64,000 bases of DNA from Piedraia hortae CBS 480.64 (GCA_010093745.1 MU005964.1:248001-312000); one strand, 5' to 3'. Shown: positions 32,691 to 45,569, numbered from the stretch's first letter. Program-made: numbers and translations. Notes: generated by a model not told the origin, from the letters alone.

Positions 32691-34880
32691 CTACGCAAAT
32701 CCAAATCCAGAGCTCTCTTCATCGTCCCTCAAAGCTCCCCTGACGTCCTCCTCACTAACCCCCAGTCGCACTCTGCCTACAATGTCTCCATGACGGTGTT
32801 CAAGACCGATGACTCCCGCCTGATCGAGCTCCTGTGCTGCTTCGCCTAGACCCAGTACTCGCGCGGCGTGGTGGTCTTTTCTCAATGCGGGGCGGCTGCG
32901 CTGTTTGCTTGTAGTTGTTTTTTCGACGTCGAGGTCTGTCTCCGCCTCGTAAAGTAGGTCTGGTGCGAGTAAGTATTCCTCTACATCCCGGTTTCGAGAC
33001 ATTAAGCTTAGTCTGCGGGCCTCGTCTACTACTTCTGCGAGCGTGGACTCTGTGATACCCGTTCGTCTCACCCGCGCCAGTAGTGCTGCTAGGAAGACTT
33101 TGCTTGCGAGTGGTAGCGAGCGTAGATAGGCTGCTAAAGGAGTCGAGGTGGCCTCGCCGATTGCCTTTTTGACCGTGGCAATGGTTACTATGCCCTTCTT
33201 GGTAGGCTGTCTGCCAGGTGTTTTGCTTGGTGTTTGAGGCTCAGCTTCGAGTGATTCTTGCTCTGCAATCTCTACGGCTCGTCGACAAATATCCAATGCT
33301 CGGCGCGCATCTCCAGACACGGCAGCGACTTTTCTGCTCGCGAACTGCATTGCGTCTGGCTCGACAATGACCTGCTTTATGCCGTCTAGACGTGACTGAA
33401 TAATAGCCATGAGCTGTGTGTGGGTGTATCCGGGAAAGGTGATGCGCGTAAGGCCCAGTCTAGAGCTGATTTTGTTGGAAAGAGTACGCTCAGGCAGATC
33501 CATGGTGTTTGCCACGGCTAGCACAATCAGTCTAGAGTGTCGAAGCTGTGGCCAGTTGAAAAAGTTGTACATGACTGCCTGATTCCTGGTAACAAGCTGG
33601 TCAAGCTCGTCCATCAACACAACGCACGGCACTCTTCGGGGACTGGGCGTTGTAAACTCCCTATCTAGCAGCTCAAGCGCATGAGATGGGCTCACGCGCT
33701 CGCCTTTGAGAGCCTCCCATAGCAGATTATAGGATTGATGAGGGTCTGTTACCTTCATGCCGTTGATTTCGACAAAGTAAAAGTCGTCTAGCTGTTCCTC
33801 GGCAACAGAAGCCTGCAGACTTGCGACGACTTCGCGGACTGTGGCCGTCTTTCCCGTTCCTGGTGTGCCGGAAATGTATATGCAAGCACCCGTACCGGCG
33901 ATAATAGCCGCTTCTAGATGAGAATATACCGTTTCAAACTCCGACTCCCGGCAGGGAAGGGCATTGGGAACGGCAGATACGTGTAGCGTAGAGCGAGCAA
34001 CTTGATACGGCGATGCTTGAAGCCGAGACGGCGAAAGCAACCTTGTACCGAGCGGCGTGAACTCCAAAGGCTTCTTGCTAACAATTTTACGGCCTGTAGG
34101 GGTGGTAAACTTTCTAGGCGTAAGCTGCTTGGCCCTGGACGGCGTTGCTGGTGCCAATTTTCTTCGCTTTCTTGGTGTCTGTGGCTCATCGTCTGCGTCG
34201 TTGTACTCTTCCTCTTCTGGGATATCCTTTAGGGCCTTGCGTTTTCTGGTTTTCACCGTTTGGCTTTCCACCATCTCGCATATGCGATCCAGATCCTCCT
34301 TGCCCTGGTAGACATCCTCCCATATGAACTCGTCTGTGTAAGTTGCAGTTCGAAGGTTGACGCCCCTCCGACAGATGAACGTCTTTGCAAATTCTGATGA
34401 GTTTCTGGGAGCCTTGCCGCTAGGAAACTTCTTCCGCCATGCCTGTTCCGAAAGGATGATGGCTTTGCCATTTATTGTGGTTAGGGGATTCTCGTCGAAA
34501 TCCGCAGTGAGATATAGCTCCCGAGCAAGGAAATCCGTGCGCTTCTTTTTGCCTCTGATTTCCTTTTCTGAAGCCAGCCACATCATCGTGGCCTTCATCT
34601 CCGGTCCCTCATCGTCATCGTCGTCGTCAGCCTCCCCTTCATCAAAATCGTATATTATGGCCACCCATGCCTCGTTATTGGCCGCTTTAATAAGCACAGC
34701 ATCCCCGACGTGGCATTCAAACGCGCCCATACGCGCTCCAACAATGATATCGTCTTCGTATATCCACTCCCACGGGTGATCTTCGTCACCAAGCTCGTCA
34801 TCAGAGTCTTCCCGCAGCACACCACCGCCAGTTAAATATTTCCGAGCCTCTTGTACTTTTGTGCGCTTCTTGGGGGGCAT
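32691..34880 (-). CDS. ORC1: Origin recognition complex subunit 1
   Basis: BAH domain, AAA+ GTPGTGKT, LMDELD, ANTMDLPER, SGDARRALD. Confidence 0.96.
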   Translation of the reverse strand: MPPKKRTKVQEARKYLTGGGVLREDSDDELGDEDHPWEWIYEDDIIVGARMGAFECHVGDAVLIKAANNEAWVAIIYDFDEGEADDDDDDEGPEMKATMMWLASEKEIRGKKKRTDFLARELYLTADFDENPLTTINGKAIILSEQAWRKKFPSGKAPRNSSEFAKTFICRRGVNLRTATYTDEFIWEDVYQGKEDLDRICEMVESQTVKTRKRKALKDIPEEEEYNDADDEPQTPRKRRKLAPATPSRAKQLTPRKFTTPTGRKIVSKKPLEFTPLGTRLLSPSRLQASPYQVARSTLHVSAVPNALPCRESEFETVYSHLEAAIIAGTGACIYISGTPGTGKTATVREVVASLQASVAEEQLDDFYFVEINGMKVTDPHQSYNLLWEALKGERVSPSHALELLDREFTTPSPRRVPCVVLMDELDQLVTRNQAVMYNFFNWPQLRHSRLIVLAVANTMDLPERTLSNKISSRLGLTRITFPGYTHTQLMAIIQSRLDGIKQVIVEPDAMQFASRKVAAVSGDARRALDICRRAVEIAEQESLEAEPQTPSKTPGRQPTKKGIVTIATVKKAIGEATSTPLAAYLRSLPLASKVFLAALLARVRRTGITESTLAEVVDEARRLSLMSRNRDVEEYLLAPDLLYEAETDLDVEKTTTSKQRSRPALRKDHHAARVLGLGEAAQELDQAGVIGLEHRHGDIVGRVRLGVSEEDVRGALRDDEESSGFGFA

Positions 34881-35486
34881 GTTCTTCGTCTTTGGGACGC
34901 GTGCAGATGTGAAAAATCACAGAGCATTTCAGAGTTTGCTGACTCATCATTTTATATGACTTTGCCAGCACATGACCTTGGGTGCGAAGCTCATTGTGGA
35001 GGTTGAACAAGAATGAATGGATTGCACAGGAGCTCAGCTATCAAGGGACAGATGACTAAATCTCTCTCTCATCCCATCAAGGCGTAGGTAATGACAGGAT
35101 GAATTGATGGGGACGGAGCTTGGCAAGCTGCCACTGGTGCGCTGCAAGTGCTATCTATCTACATTGCTCTAAGAGCTCCTTCCTCATTTGGAACGATGGT
35201 TCTTCCACTTCACTTCATCTCGACGATGCGAGGCCGGGACAGCGGGACCCCCACCATGAGCGGGGGGGCAAACACTTCACTTCATGTCTTTTTCCCCCAC
35301 ATATGACAGCCCCAAGTTCACTCCCAAACTTATTTCAGTCTCCACCTTCCCGGTTTTGATAGCACGCAATTCTTCAGCGGGGGAACACGTGGTCCACGTG
35401 AGATGCGTCGACGCTAAGGCAAACGGAGGGAGGGCGATTTGGACAAACACCACATCCTCTTGCGCCGAACATAGAAAACTTATATC

Positions 35487-37657
35487 ATGGATTACGAGCG
35501 CCTCAATGCGCTGGAATGGAACACGGATGGGCCGACGGTCGGCACAGCCTCGACCTCGTCCACTGTAGGTCGGCCGCAGCTTGCCCCGAACGGCAAGCTG
35601 CCCGGGCTCAAGCAAAGGCGCCCCGCCCCTTCGTCGGCGGCGACTGTGGTCAATACCCCCACCTATGTCTCCACCGTTGGCAGAAGTCACTTTGGGAATG
35701 GCCAGAAAACGCAGCGCAAAGGCAAAATCAGCAGACGTGCGCCGGAGCTACTGTTGTCTGAACCCGACAATGCGGCCGAAGCCGACTGGAGGGCCCGTCT
35801 TCCTCCCAAGGATCAGATTCTGGTACCAGAGTGGTTGCTCAACGGGAACTCGCACCACCATGCTATTGCGCGTGCATGCGGTGCCTTTGTCCAGATTTCC
35901 AACATGAAAGCCAACCAAGGAAATCGCTGGCTGGGCTTCTGGGGCAAGTCGGAGGCGGTTGCGGACGCCAAGAAAGAGATCCACGATTGGGTCGACAAGA
36001 TGGTGACGAAGTACAAGAAGCGGAAGTTCGAGAAACTGCTCAGCCCAACCCCTTGTGAGCGGGAACGCACTCAGATCAAGTGGGATAGGGACGTCCGACG
36101 CCAAACGTACCGCCAGCATCCGCCGCCAGACATGGTCCACCACGCCATTGGCACTTTTCACTGGCCCATGGATGAGGTTAACCCCAAAGAAGTGCTGGGA
36201 CCCTACTACGAGGCCCTTGATTATATCCGCATGAGCTGCAAATGCTACATTGTCTTTAAGGCCGAACGCAACGCTTTCAGCGCCATGGGAAAGTCGGCAA
36301 ATGTCGACGATGCGCTAGAGCGCATCAGGAAGGCGTGTTTCCAGATAGCTGCCCGTCAGACTAGTTGTAAACGGATGTACATGAGGCGCTGGCCAGAGGG
36401 CGAGATCAAATCGTACAGCGTCACCCTGATGCCTTACAACAAGCCGCTGGCTGCCCAGCTTGACCCGGAGAGTGCTGTTACGCCCCGGGCAAAGTTTGAT
36501 CCCGGCCCGGCTGCAAAGGACATTACCATCCAGGCGAATGACGAGACTTACCGTTCGGGCATGAAGATCAGATCAGCTGTGTTGCGCACTTTGCATCAGT
36601 TGCACTATTACCGTGGGCCCATCACGCTCAAAGTCAGGCTTGGCACCCTTCTCCTCGACCAGTTCATGCCGCTCGAGCACCGCAAAGCCTACACAATGGA
36701 GGAATATGCAAAAATGACTGTGCAATCGCAGTTTGTCGCCAGGGTGACGGAAGAGTAGGTCCAACCTAGCTGACGAGACAACCAATCACTGACTTGACCT
36801 CCAGGCTGGGCGACAGGGCAGTGGAGCAGCGCATTCTTGGCGCGTTCCAAGCCACGCAGGGCATAATTGTTCCCATGGACCCGATGATTGCAGACCTCGA
36901 GGAAGTCGGCCCGACCTACTCGGTTGCTTTCATCCTAGGCAATGTCAACAAGGAAGACCTCCAGCTGACGATCAATTGGGCTGAGCATCATGATGCTGGC
37001 GCCAATTCTAACGAGATAACCTGCACAGGAAAGAGATGGAGCCGTCTGGAGAGTGAGACGGGCAGGGCCACGCCTCTGGTGGATGCCAGCTTTACTAACC
37101 TTGTGACGGGACTTTCGTGGCACTTTGATTTGACTGGCTCTCTCCCAGTCGACAAGGAGCGTCTGCCTCCTGCATTCGAGGACTTTGAAGACAGCATTCA
37201 ACTCATTCCTCATGTGGCACGCGCCCCCCATACAGATGAGCTGTTTGTCAGGTACAAGCCATATGTTCCGATCAAGTCGGTTCGTCAAAGCATCACTTAT
37301 TCTTACAACCTCTCGTTCACGCCTTATGTCGTCGAGTTCACCAAGTTCCAGGACCGCAAATGGATCCCAGACAAGCTACGCGGCGGGAACCCGGCCATCT
37401 ACGAGCCGCGCTGGAGCATCAACGTCAACTCGAATGATTGGAAGTCCAATTTTGTCAAGAATGAACGTCTGAAGATCGGAGATGACTCGGGGTGGAGCCA
37501 CGACGTTTCCAGCTGGTTCTCCCCCGACTTCAAAAATCCTTCGGTCGATGGCTGGCTCGTTTTCCTGAAGAAGCTCAAGGATGTGGAGGATGTGGTGCTC
37601 AAGACCATGGTCGAGGTAAAGGAAGCCCAAAGGGTGGGCGGAATGAATGTAGGCTAG
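35487..37657 (+). CDS. Hypothetical protein (~700 aa; intron ~36756-36803), possible KH-like segment
   Basis: Two long ORFs with strong codon bias joined by GTAGGT...CTGAC...CAG. Confidence 0.7.
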
Positions 37658-37766
37658 GGCAGAAACTAATGGCAATCACCGAATAGAAATTAATGATGCT
37701 CTTTGATGCCTTATGCATACACACGCGTTACTTGCGCGACAGTAGTCATATGTGCTTGTTCAAATG

Positions 37767-38138
37767 TCATCGTACTTCCCCATCTCCCTTTGCTCTCCTC
37801 GCCCGTAATGGTTCCACCACGACCTCCACCGGCTTCCCCTCTTGCGGCTTAAATCCCATAACCTGACCAATCAACCCCGAGGGCTTAGGTACGGGACACT
37901 CCCTCTTCGGCCGTTCTGTGCGTGTAGCGATTTGATCGCCTTGTCCCGTTGGCTGTTGTTCCCGTCTTCGCCGTCTTCTTCCCGCTTCGCTCTGGGGCTC
38001 TTGGGCAGAGTCTGCATAAGGTCTTCGGTCCACTGGACAGGGCAGCACATGAGGAAGTCCAACGACTATAAAGGATATGGCGAGAGTGGTTGTAAAGAGC
38101 GTGCCTGTGGTCCGCGAGCGAGGATGGAGGTAGTGCAT
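37767..38138 (-). CDS. Cytochrome c oxidase assembly factor Coa2-like small protein
   Basis: MHYLHPRSR...LFTTT...[11 protein letters not shown]...[18 protein letters not shown]. Confidence 0.7.
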   Translation of the reverse strand: MHYLHPRSRTTGTLFTTTLAISFIVVGLPHVLPCPVDRRPYADSAQEPQSEAGRRRRRREQQPTGQGDQIATRTERPKRECPVPKPSGLIGQVMGFKPQEGKPVEVVVEPLRARRAKGDGEVR

Positions 38139-38300
38139 CGCCTGCTGCTGTCTGGTGTTGTCTGTCGCTGTGGTCGAGTTGTGACGTTTGTGACATGCAG
38201 AGGCGTCACTTCGCGAGTCATGCGCGACCTCACCTCTTCTACCCCACGACTCGTGCGGCACTTCACGCCAACTGCAATCGCACCCGCTGGAGCACCAACC

Positions 38301-39761
38301 ATGGAACAAACGACTGTAGAGGAGGAAGCGATACGCCGTGCGACCAAGCGCGCCAGACTTGTTTTTGGGCCCGAATACGGCCAGCCTTCGGCACTCCAAA
38401 AACCTCCATTGCCGGACATTGCGCCGCCTGGCCCTTCGGCCTCAGAACGGGTTCAAAAGGCCGGAATAGCGGCTCGGCTGAGGAAAGAATATGCTCAAGT
38501 CAAGGAACTGCCGCCGCCTTTGGCTCAAAAACAGGCGCAAGCGGCGGGAAAGAGGAGGATGAGGACAGAAGGAGAAGCGAGCGATGCGCAACTTGGGAAA
38601 CTGGTGGCAGACGCTGCTGCAAAGGACGGTGAACTTCGGCCTCAACAGTCTTCAACGGCTCTGGTCAGAATTCAGGGGACGGCGGGAGCCAAAGAGCCAC
38701 CCAATGCGCTTGGACCGACACAGCAAATCGACAGAAACGCCATGGGTTTGGTGCGTAGAGAGAACGTAAAGCCAATTAAGCCCGAGTGGCATCCTCCATG
38801 GAAGGTGTTCCGCGTTATTTCAGGACATTTGGGCTGGGTGCGTGCCCTGGCGGTAGAGCCAGGGAACGAGTGGTTCGCCTCAGGCGCCGGAGACCGCACC
38901 ATCAAGATATGGGACCTCGGTACCGGCAGGCTCAAGCTGACGCTGACGGGGCATATCAGCTGCGTGCGTGGTCTGGCCGTGTCGCCACGGCATCCATACC
39001 TCTTTTCTTGCGGCGAAGACAAGATGGTCAAGTGCTGGGACTTGGAGACCAACAAAGTCATCCGCCACTACCATGGCCATCTGTCTGGCGTCTACACTCT
39101 TGCCTTACATCCAACGCTAGATGTGCTCTGCACTGGCGGTCGCGACGGCGTAGTGCGTGTATGGGACATGCGTACCCGCAGCAACATCCACGTACTTAGC
39201 GGCCACAAACAAACGGTAGCCTCAATTGTCACGCAAGCAACAGACCCACAGATCATATCCGGCTCACTGGACCACACGGTGCGCATGTACGACTTAGCCG
39301 CCGGCAAGACCATGGGGGTCCTGACGCACCACAAAAAGGGCGTCCGATCACTCGTCACGCACCCATCCGAATTCACATTCGCATCAGCTTCCGCCGGAAC
39401 CATCAAACAATGGCTCTGTCCCCGAGGCGACTTTGTACAAAACTTTGAAGGCCACAATGCGATTATAAACTCCCTCTCCGTCAACGCGGACAATGTCCTC
39501 TTCAGCGGAGGTGACAATGGCTCAGTGGGTTTTTGGGATTGGAAAACAGGCCATAGGTTCCAGACGACCGAGTCGCTTGCGCAGCCGGGCTCGTTGGATG
39601 CAGAAGCGGGAATCATGAGCTCGACTTTTGATCTTTCGGGTCTCAGGCTCATTACCGGTGAGGCTGATAAGACGATCAAAATGTGGAAGCAGGATGATGC
39701 TGCCACTGAGGAGACGCATCCGTTGGATTGGAGGCCGACGTTGGGGAGGAGGAAGTTTTGA
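38301..39761 (+). CDS. PRP46: Pre-mRNA splicing factor Prp46/PLRG1
   Basis: KPEWHPPWK...ISGHLGWVR, seven WD40 repeats, [12 protein letters not shown]. Confidence 0.96.
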   Translation: MEQTTVEEEAIRRATKRARLVFGPEYGQPSALQKPPLPDIAPPGPSASERVQKAGIAARLRKEYAQVKELPPPLAQKQAQAAGKRRMRTEGEASDAQLGKLVADAAAKDGELRPQQSSTALVRIQGTAGAKEPPNALGPTQQIDRNAMGLVRRENVKPIKPEWHPPWKVFRVISGHLGWVRALAVEPGNEWFASGAGDRTIKIWDLGTGRLKLTLTGHISCVRGLAVSPRHPYLFSCGEDKMVKCWDLETNKVIRHYHGHLSGVYTLALHPTLDVLCTGGRDGVVRVWDMRTRSNIHVLSGHKQTVASIVTQATDPQIISGSLDHTVRMYDLAAGKTMGVLTHHKKGVRSLVTHPSEFTFASASAGTIKQWLCPRGDFVQNFEGHNAIINSLSVNADNVLFSGGDNGSVGFWDWKTGHRFQTTESLAQPGSLDAEAGIMSSTFDLSGLRLITGEADKTIKMWKQDDAATEETHPLDWRPTLGRRKF

Positions 39762-39994
39762 TTGTAGATGAATGTATTCGCTTCAAAAGACAGGACATCA
39801 TGGCCGCGGTCAACCAAGCTCGTGTCATTCTCTGAAGAGGGCAATTCAAAATTTCACCACCTCTTTTACTACGACCCTCGGCTTGGGTGTGTAGTCCACG
39901 TGGCCAATGCGAGCGCTAATGGGGACACTGTTCACCAGTGGGCTTGTGCATGAACCACACAGCCTTTGCTCTGTTGCTTCAGCGGAGACTGATG

Positions 39995-39997
<3 letters not shown>

Positions 39998-40067
<70 letters not shown>
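39998..40067. repeat. (TG)35 microsatellite
   Basis: Uninterrupted TG dinucleotide run. Confidence 0.97.
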
Positions 40068-40069
<2 letters not shown>

Positions 40070-40079
40070 CAAGGGAAAG

Positions 40080-40910
40080 CTTCGATGGGAACCTTGAGTC
40101 GACAAACGAAACACATGAGGCGCCCAGTTTGGTTTACGGTTGACGCTCCGCCATTCCACCACGGCTATGAGTGCATACGTCCATTCTGAACCCTGGAGAG
40201 ACTGGAGGTTATCCTCCTCACACCGCTTTACGAATCTGAAGGCTGATACATATCCCAAAACGAATGCCCCACGCGGGTATTTGAATCCTCCTTCAAAACT
40301 ATCTGGAGGAAATACCTCTTGCACATATCCGAGCTGCAGAATCTTCGTTCCCTCCATATCAGTCATCGTCTCGCTAGGAATGATGACGTTGGGTAGTATA
40401 CATACGATGATGAATGGAGACGCAGCAAGGACCACTGGGTGACCGATAAGGACTTTGCTCTTCTCCCCTCTCTCTATCCTCGGCTACAGGGGTCCTAATA
40501 AATTCACAGTCAATTTCCTCGAACGTTTAGGAATTGTATGCCAAGAACTCACTTACTGCTCCCTCCCGGACACCCAGGTGATCCTGTCCGAGCTGCTCGA
40601 CAAACCAGGACCGATCTTCCCCTGCCTGAGGACTCTCCGCCTCGACGAATCTCACTTTGGCAGGTGAGGCTCAGCCTATTGTTCATTACTGTCCAGCTAA
40701 TCGAATTGTCACAAGACAAGAGGCAGCGCTAGTTTTGCACGCACCTAATTTGAAGCAAATATCCTACATTGATACCACCGAGCCGCTCTTTGGAGGGGCG
40801 TACAGATTCGTTTTGTTATTTGTGTTTCGGAGATTGGCTGATTGGGAAGGTAATCGAAAGTATAGTGATATGGTTGAAATCGATTGGAGGAAATGGGATT
40901 ATGAGTAGAC
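40080..40910 (+). pseudogene. Degenerate leucine-rich-repeat (F-box/LRR-type) gene remnant
   Basis: Fragments ISELQNLRSLHI, VTDKDFALLPSL, IFPCLRTLRLDE, HAPNLKQI in shifting frames; in-frame TGA at 40244. Confidence 0.4.
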
Positions 40911-42986
40911 ATTTCCCTGGTAACGATGCTCTCATGGAAAAGAGAGTGCATGGCCAATCTGCTGTTGGAAGGAAATTTGGTTGGAGCCACGGATTTACAT
41001 CTATGTAACAAACTTGGTAGAATGCTGTGTAGACATAAATGCACGACCATTGGAATCGGAGAAAGGAGAGGTCGCTACGTGGAATTGGAGAATTCCCAGT
41101 GGGGAGAACTCGAAGGCAATCAAAGCTGATGTGTTGTAAGATTGCTGAGAAGCTGCCAGCAGACAATTCTTAGCTCTAGGGATCTGCGTCCTTTGCAGAT
41201 GCATTACTGTGGACGTGGACGACTGATGCAATGGAGAGGAGATACAAGACTCATCTCACCCGTTTTATCCAACAGTGATAGACGGACATGCCGTCTGAAT
41301 TTGTATACACCTTGACGGTACGTCTATGAATTTAAAAAGTAGGGATGGGCGAAAGTAAAACGTGACGCGCACAATGCCAGTCTCAAGGCCATCTTCCCAC
41401 AGACAAAACAGAGCAGAAAAGAGCGGTTAACCCGCGAAATTCATATCATAACTTGGTTACTTGCAGATTAAAGACCTGCTAACTGCGGTTAGAATCGGAC
41501 GTGCAGCTTTGACACGATCGGGTTGTCCCGGCGAATTGTCTCTTGCGCAGACCGCCTGCAATGCAATGCGTCGACGCAACCCGGCAGTCGGAGCACAGAT
41601 ACGAATGTGGCGAGGAAATCTCCGAGATTCTCTCCCGATCGCGAAGGAGGTGGTTGGACTGACTGCTCCATCCGCTCTACTCTCCGAGAGGGCGATCATT
41701 TGAGTCGAGGTGGAGATCCAGTCATATTGGACGACCTAATCAAGCTCATCCTACCTCATCTCGCCCCCACCTTGTTTGCAGATCCCGAGAAATTCTGGAA
41801 TGCAAAAGTTACAGGGTCAACTCGCAGGACATCCTGGGTAAAGACTAGCAGGGATCTTGGTTGACGCGGGAACAAATGTTGGGAAGGAGAGCGGTGACAG
41901 CCAGACCGCTCTTGACCCCCGATGTGACCATTATCAACTGTCCAATGGCAACCGGCCACTGTTCAAGGGCAACGAGTCATTGCGAACTGACACCTACGAC
42001 GGCGCTACTTAATAGCTACGTCATCTGTTTCGCCCCATAATTTACTCGAGTCGCAGAAAAGACAAGATTAGGTCAACGTCAATGTTTGATACGTCGACGC
42101 AGCGTTTCAGCCCACAACGAAGAAAAGCTGCAGACGAAAATGGCTTACGTTTTGGATGTGGAAGGGAAGAAGTTGTTCTCAACTGTGGCGCTGGCACGTG
42201 TCTGGGTTCGGCAGGTGGGCCGGGGGGTTCGAGCAAAAACGCGCGCGTGGACCCTGGCGCCTCTTTTCGTGTTAGACGCGTCAAGCATGCAACGGCGGTG
42301 CATGCCAGCGCGTGTCCACGCCAAACCTTTTTTGTTGGGTTTGGCTCTTGTGGGCGTGCTATGTTTGCGCGTTATTATTATCAGCAGCGACAGGCCTGCG
42401 ACACGCACGACGCGGTGACGAGACGGTCTTGTCATCTCCAAACGGGACTTGCCGGACCCGACGACAGGGGGCCTACGGCTGCACCCGACCCGCCTCCTCG
42501 TTGCTGCCAGCTGCACCTCTCTCTCTACTCTCTCTTCACCTCACACACTCTCTCGTCATTCACTCTCTTTCTTTTTCGGTTTCTGTTGCAATCTTTTAAT
42601 ACCTGTTTTTACGCTCCTTGTCATCTTCCTCTCTCTGCCTTTTACCTTTGCTCAACGCCCAACGACGCCGCTCGGATCGCGGCTTGTCTTAACCACAATT
42701 CACGAAAAAAAAAACCCACCGGCTCCCTGCGCGGCTCTGGCTTTGCCGTCCAACCCCACCATTGCCGAACACCTCGACAGCTGACGGTCCAGCCGGGCCC
42801 CACCCGAGTCATTCCATCGATCGCTGGCCACGCTCCTTCCAAAAAAGCACGGCAAATACCCCTAAACAACGTCCGGCTGGTCCCGTACGGTCCTCTTTCA
42901 TACTCCCTTCCAACTGCTGAACCTAATTCTAATCCCCCAAAAATCCCTTTCAACCCCCATGTCCGTCTAGCTGGACACCTGTAGTC

Positions 42987-45242
42987 ATGGCCCTTACCAC
43001 AGAAACCTCTTCGACCATATGCCTGACAGACAAGTTTGAAATCATCAAGGACATTGGCGATGGCAGCTTTGGGAGCGTTGCACTGGGCCGCACTCGGTCA
43101 GCTGCTGCCACGACTCACTTGCGCAAGGGCACACTTGTGGCTATCAAGACAATGAAGAAGACGTTTGACAACTTTGCACAATGCATGGAACTGCGGGAGG
43201 TTGTTTTTCTAAAGTTGTTGCCCCATCATGTGCATTTGGTGCCTGCATATGACATATTTCTGGATCCAATCAGCAGGAAACTGCATATTGCCATGGAGTA
43301 CATGGATGGCAATCTCTACCAGCTTATAAAAGCGAGGAACCACAAGCCATTGGACGGTGCAAGCGTTAAGAGCATACTCTTCCAGATCCTTTCCGGTCTT
43401 GAGCACATCCACCACCACCAGTTCTTCCACCGCGATATTAAACCAGAAAACATCCTCGTCACACCCTCTTCTTCAGATCCTAGTGCGTTTCGACGATACT
43501 CTGCGCTGGTGACTCCGCCGTCCACTCCTCCCACTTATGCGGTCAAAATTGCCGATTTTGGGTTAGCCCGCGAGGCTCATTCGCGCCTACCATATACCAC
43601 GTACGTTTCCACACGTTGGTATCGTGCCCCAGAAGTTCTCTTGCGTGCGGGGAGCTACTCTGCGCCTGTCGATCTCTGGGCTGTCGGCGCCATGGCGGTC
43701 GAGGTGGCTACTCTCAAGCCTCTGTTTCCCGGCGGTAACGAGGTTGACCAGGTGTGGAGGGTGTGTGAGATCATGGGCAGTCCTGGCAATTGGATGAATA
43801 GACATGGTCAGCCAATTGGTGGTGGTGAGTGGAAGGAAGGCGTTCGCCTGGCCCACAAACTTGGCTTCTCCTTTCCCAAGATGGCTCCCCATTCGATAGA
43901 CACGCTGCTACCGACGCCTGCGTGGCCGGCTGAGCTTTCCCGTTTTGTCACCTGGTGCCTTATGTGGGATCCTCAGGCCCGTCCGACAGCGCGCCAGGCC
44001 ATTGACCACGAATACTTTATCGATGCCGTCGACCCACTCAGGCCCAAGAGTGTAGGCACTTTGAACTCTAAAACTTCTTGGTTCCGCAAGTCGCTCATGG
44101 CCCGCGAGCCAACGACACCCGAAGCCAGCCCTCCCTTAGCTCGGCCTGCACCTCCTGTCCACGCTCACAGCACCGACGTGGTTGTGGCTGCTGCGGCCGC
44201 CAAGCGGGCAACGTGGACCGGAGCAGCCAATGTCAAGACCCCCATTCCCATTCTACCATCAGCCCGGCCCATCACTCCACGTGCAGATGGCATAGTTGCA
44301 CAGGCGCGTGCGGCGCGGACCGAAGCCCTTGCTACCGGCGGCGGAAAGAAGGTGGGGCGCCAACTATCGGTGCACTCTCAGGGCAATCATTACGCCGATG
44401 TCCACAGGCAGGAGGCTGAACGGGCCCTGAACGGTGGCTACGGACTCAAGTCACCGACGGGAGCGAACCGCGAAAGTTTCTTCTCACACCTGCGCAAACG
44501 CGCCAAGAGGCTATCCGGTCGGCACCAGGCGCCTCCGCTGCTGGCATCTGGCGACGAGGAACACAGAGAGTCCAAGGTTGGTTGCTCGCCCTGGCCAGGT
44601 AGCAATCGCAATTCCACTGGCGAGCTTCCCGCAGATGCTGGTGCAGCAGACGTCAGGAATGAAATTGCATCACCCCTGCGAGAAGAATCTGCTCCAGCAG
44701 TGCCGCCTCATGTCACCGTCTCGCGGAAACCCAGCAGCATAATGCTCAAGCGTCATCATTCGCTCCCTCGGGTGGGTGAGAACAAGGGCGCTGCCAAAAC
44801 GTCTGTCCCCGCTGTCCCGAATGCACCTGCTGTACTTGGCAAGAACGGCTCAGTGACGAAGAGGAAACCTCTGCGGCCAGCGCGAAGCGATTATCATGTC
44901 ACGCCAGGCGAAGACGAGTTGGTGGACGACGCGATTAAATCGGCACATCGGGCAACCCATCGACTGGACCGTGACCAGGCGGGCGTTCCAACACGACGAC
45001 CACTTCCGCAACCGACGTCTGATCCGAATTACATTCCTTACCTTACACCCTCGCCTTCCAAAGAGAGTAACCGACGAGAGTACTCGTTGGCAGACTCGAC
45101 GAGCCAGCCTATGGACATAACTCCAATACGGAAATCCCGAGTAGATCTGGCACCCCAATGGCCAACACCACCTTATGAGGAAAACGACTGGGCAGCATCG
45201 GCAGCAGCGAGCATAATGGCCACGCAAGCGGCGTTTAGGTAA
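42987..45242 (+). CDS. IME2: Ime2/ImeB (MAK/RCK family) protein kinase
   Basis: GDGSFGSV, HRDIKPEN, DFGLARE, TTY activation motif in PYTTYVSTRWYRAPE, C-terminal WPTPPYEE. Confidence 0.93.
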   Translation: MALTTETSSTICLTDKFEIIKDIGDGSFGSVALGRTRSAAATTHLRKGTLVAIKTMKKTFDNFAQCMELREVVFLKLLPHHVHLVPAYDIFLDPISRKLHIAMEYMDGNLYQLIKARNHKPLDGASVKSILFQILSGLEHIHHHQFFHRDIKPENILVTPSSSDPSAFRRYSALVTPPSTPPTYAVKIADFGLAREAHSRLPYTTYVSTRWYRAPEVLLRAGSYSAPVDLWAVGAMAVEVATLKPLFPGGNEVDQVWRVCEIMGSPGNWMNRHGQPIGGGEWKEGVRLAHKLGFSFPKMAPHSIDTLLPTPAWPAELSRFVTWCLMWDPQARPTARQAIDHEYFIDAVDPLRPKSVGTLNSKTSWFRKSLMAREPTTPEASPPLARPAPPVHAHSTDVVVAAAAAKRATWTGAANVKTPIPILPSARPITPRADGIVAQARAARTEALATGGGKKVGRQLSVHSQGNHYADVHRQEAERALNGGYGLKSPTGANRESFFSHLRKRAKRLSGRHQAPPLLASGDEEHRESKVGCSPWPGSNRNSTGELPADAGAADVRNEIASPLREESAPAVPPHVTVSRKPSSIMLKRHHSLPRVGENKGAAKTSVPAVPNAPAVLGKNGSVTKRKPLRPARSDYHVTPGEDELVDDAIKSAHRATHRLDRDQAGVPTRRPLPQPTSDPNYIPYLTPSPSKESNRREYSLADSTSQPMDITPIRKSRVDLAPQWPTPPYEENDWAASAAASIMATQAAFR

Positions 45243-45569
45243 CTCGTTTGACATGTTGGGGCAACACAGGCCTTGTTTATGTACATATGTAATCTGGCGT
45301 AAGCGTGGATACCCGCGAGCAAAGGCTCCAAGTTTTGGATTTAGCTGTGGATAGTCGTTCATCTAGCACATGTCTCTGTTTCTACATCAAACTCTACTTT
45401 GTGGATGGCAGGGTGAATGTGCTGGCAGACTCTTCATACCCCCGCTACGCTACCCCACCTGTTGGCGCTAGCTGGTTTGGACTAGCTGCATAAAACATCT
45501 TTGGTGACTCACTGGCGGTATGCATTATCTACTGAGATTTTGGTCGTCTTTCGCTTCCCACACAGAGAC

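Noticed and set aside
37842..38300. N-terminal extension of PRP46 in the ORF track
   Set aside because: Overlaps the antisense COA2-like gene; the real start is probably ATG 38301
39932..40435. His-Thr repeat protein ORF
   Set aside because: Translation of the (TG)n microsatellite
42082..42984. 300-aa plus-strand ORF upstream of IME2
   Set aside because: Low-complexity, no recognisable domain, runs through CT/A tracts typical of promoter/UTR
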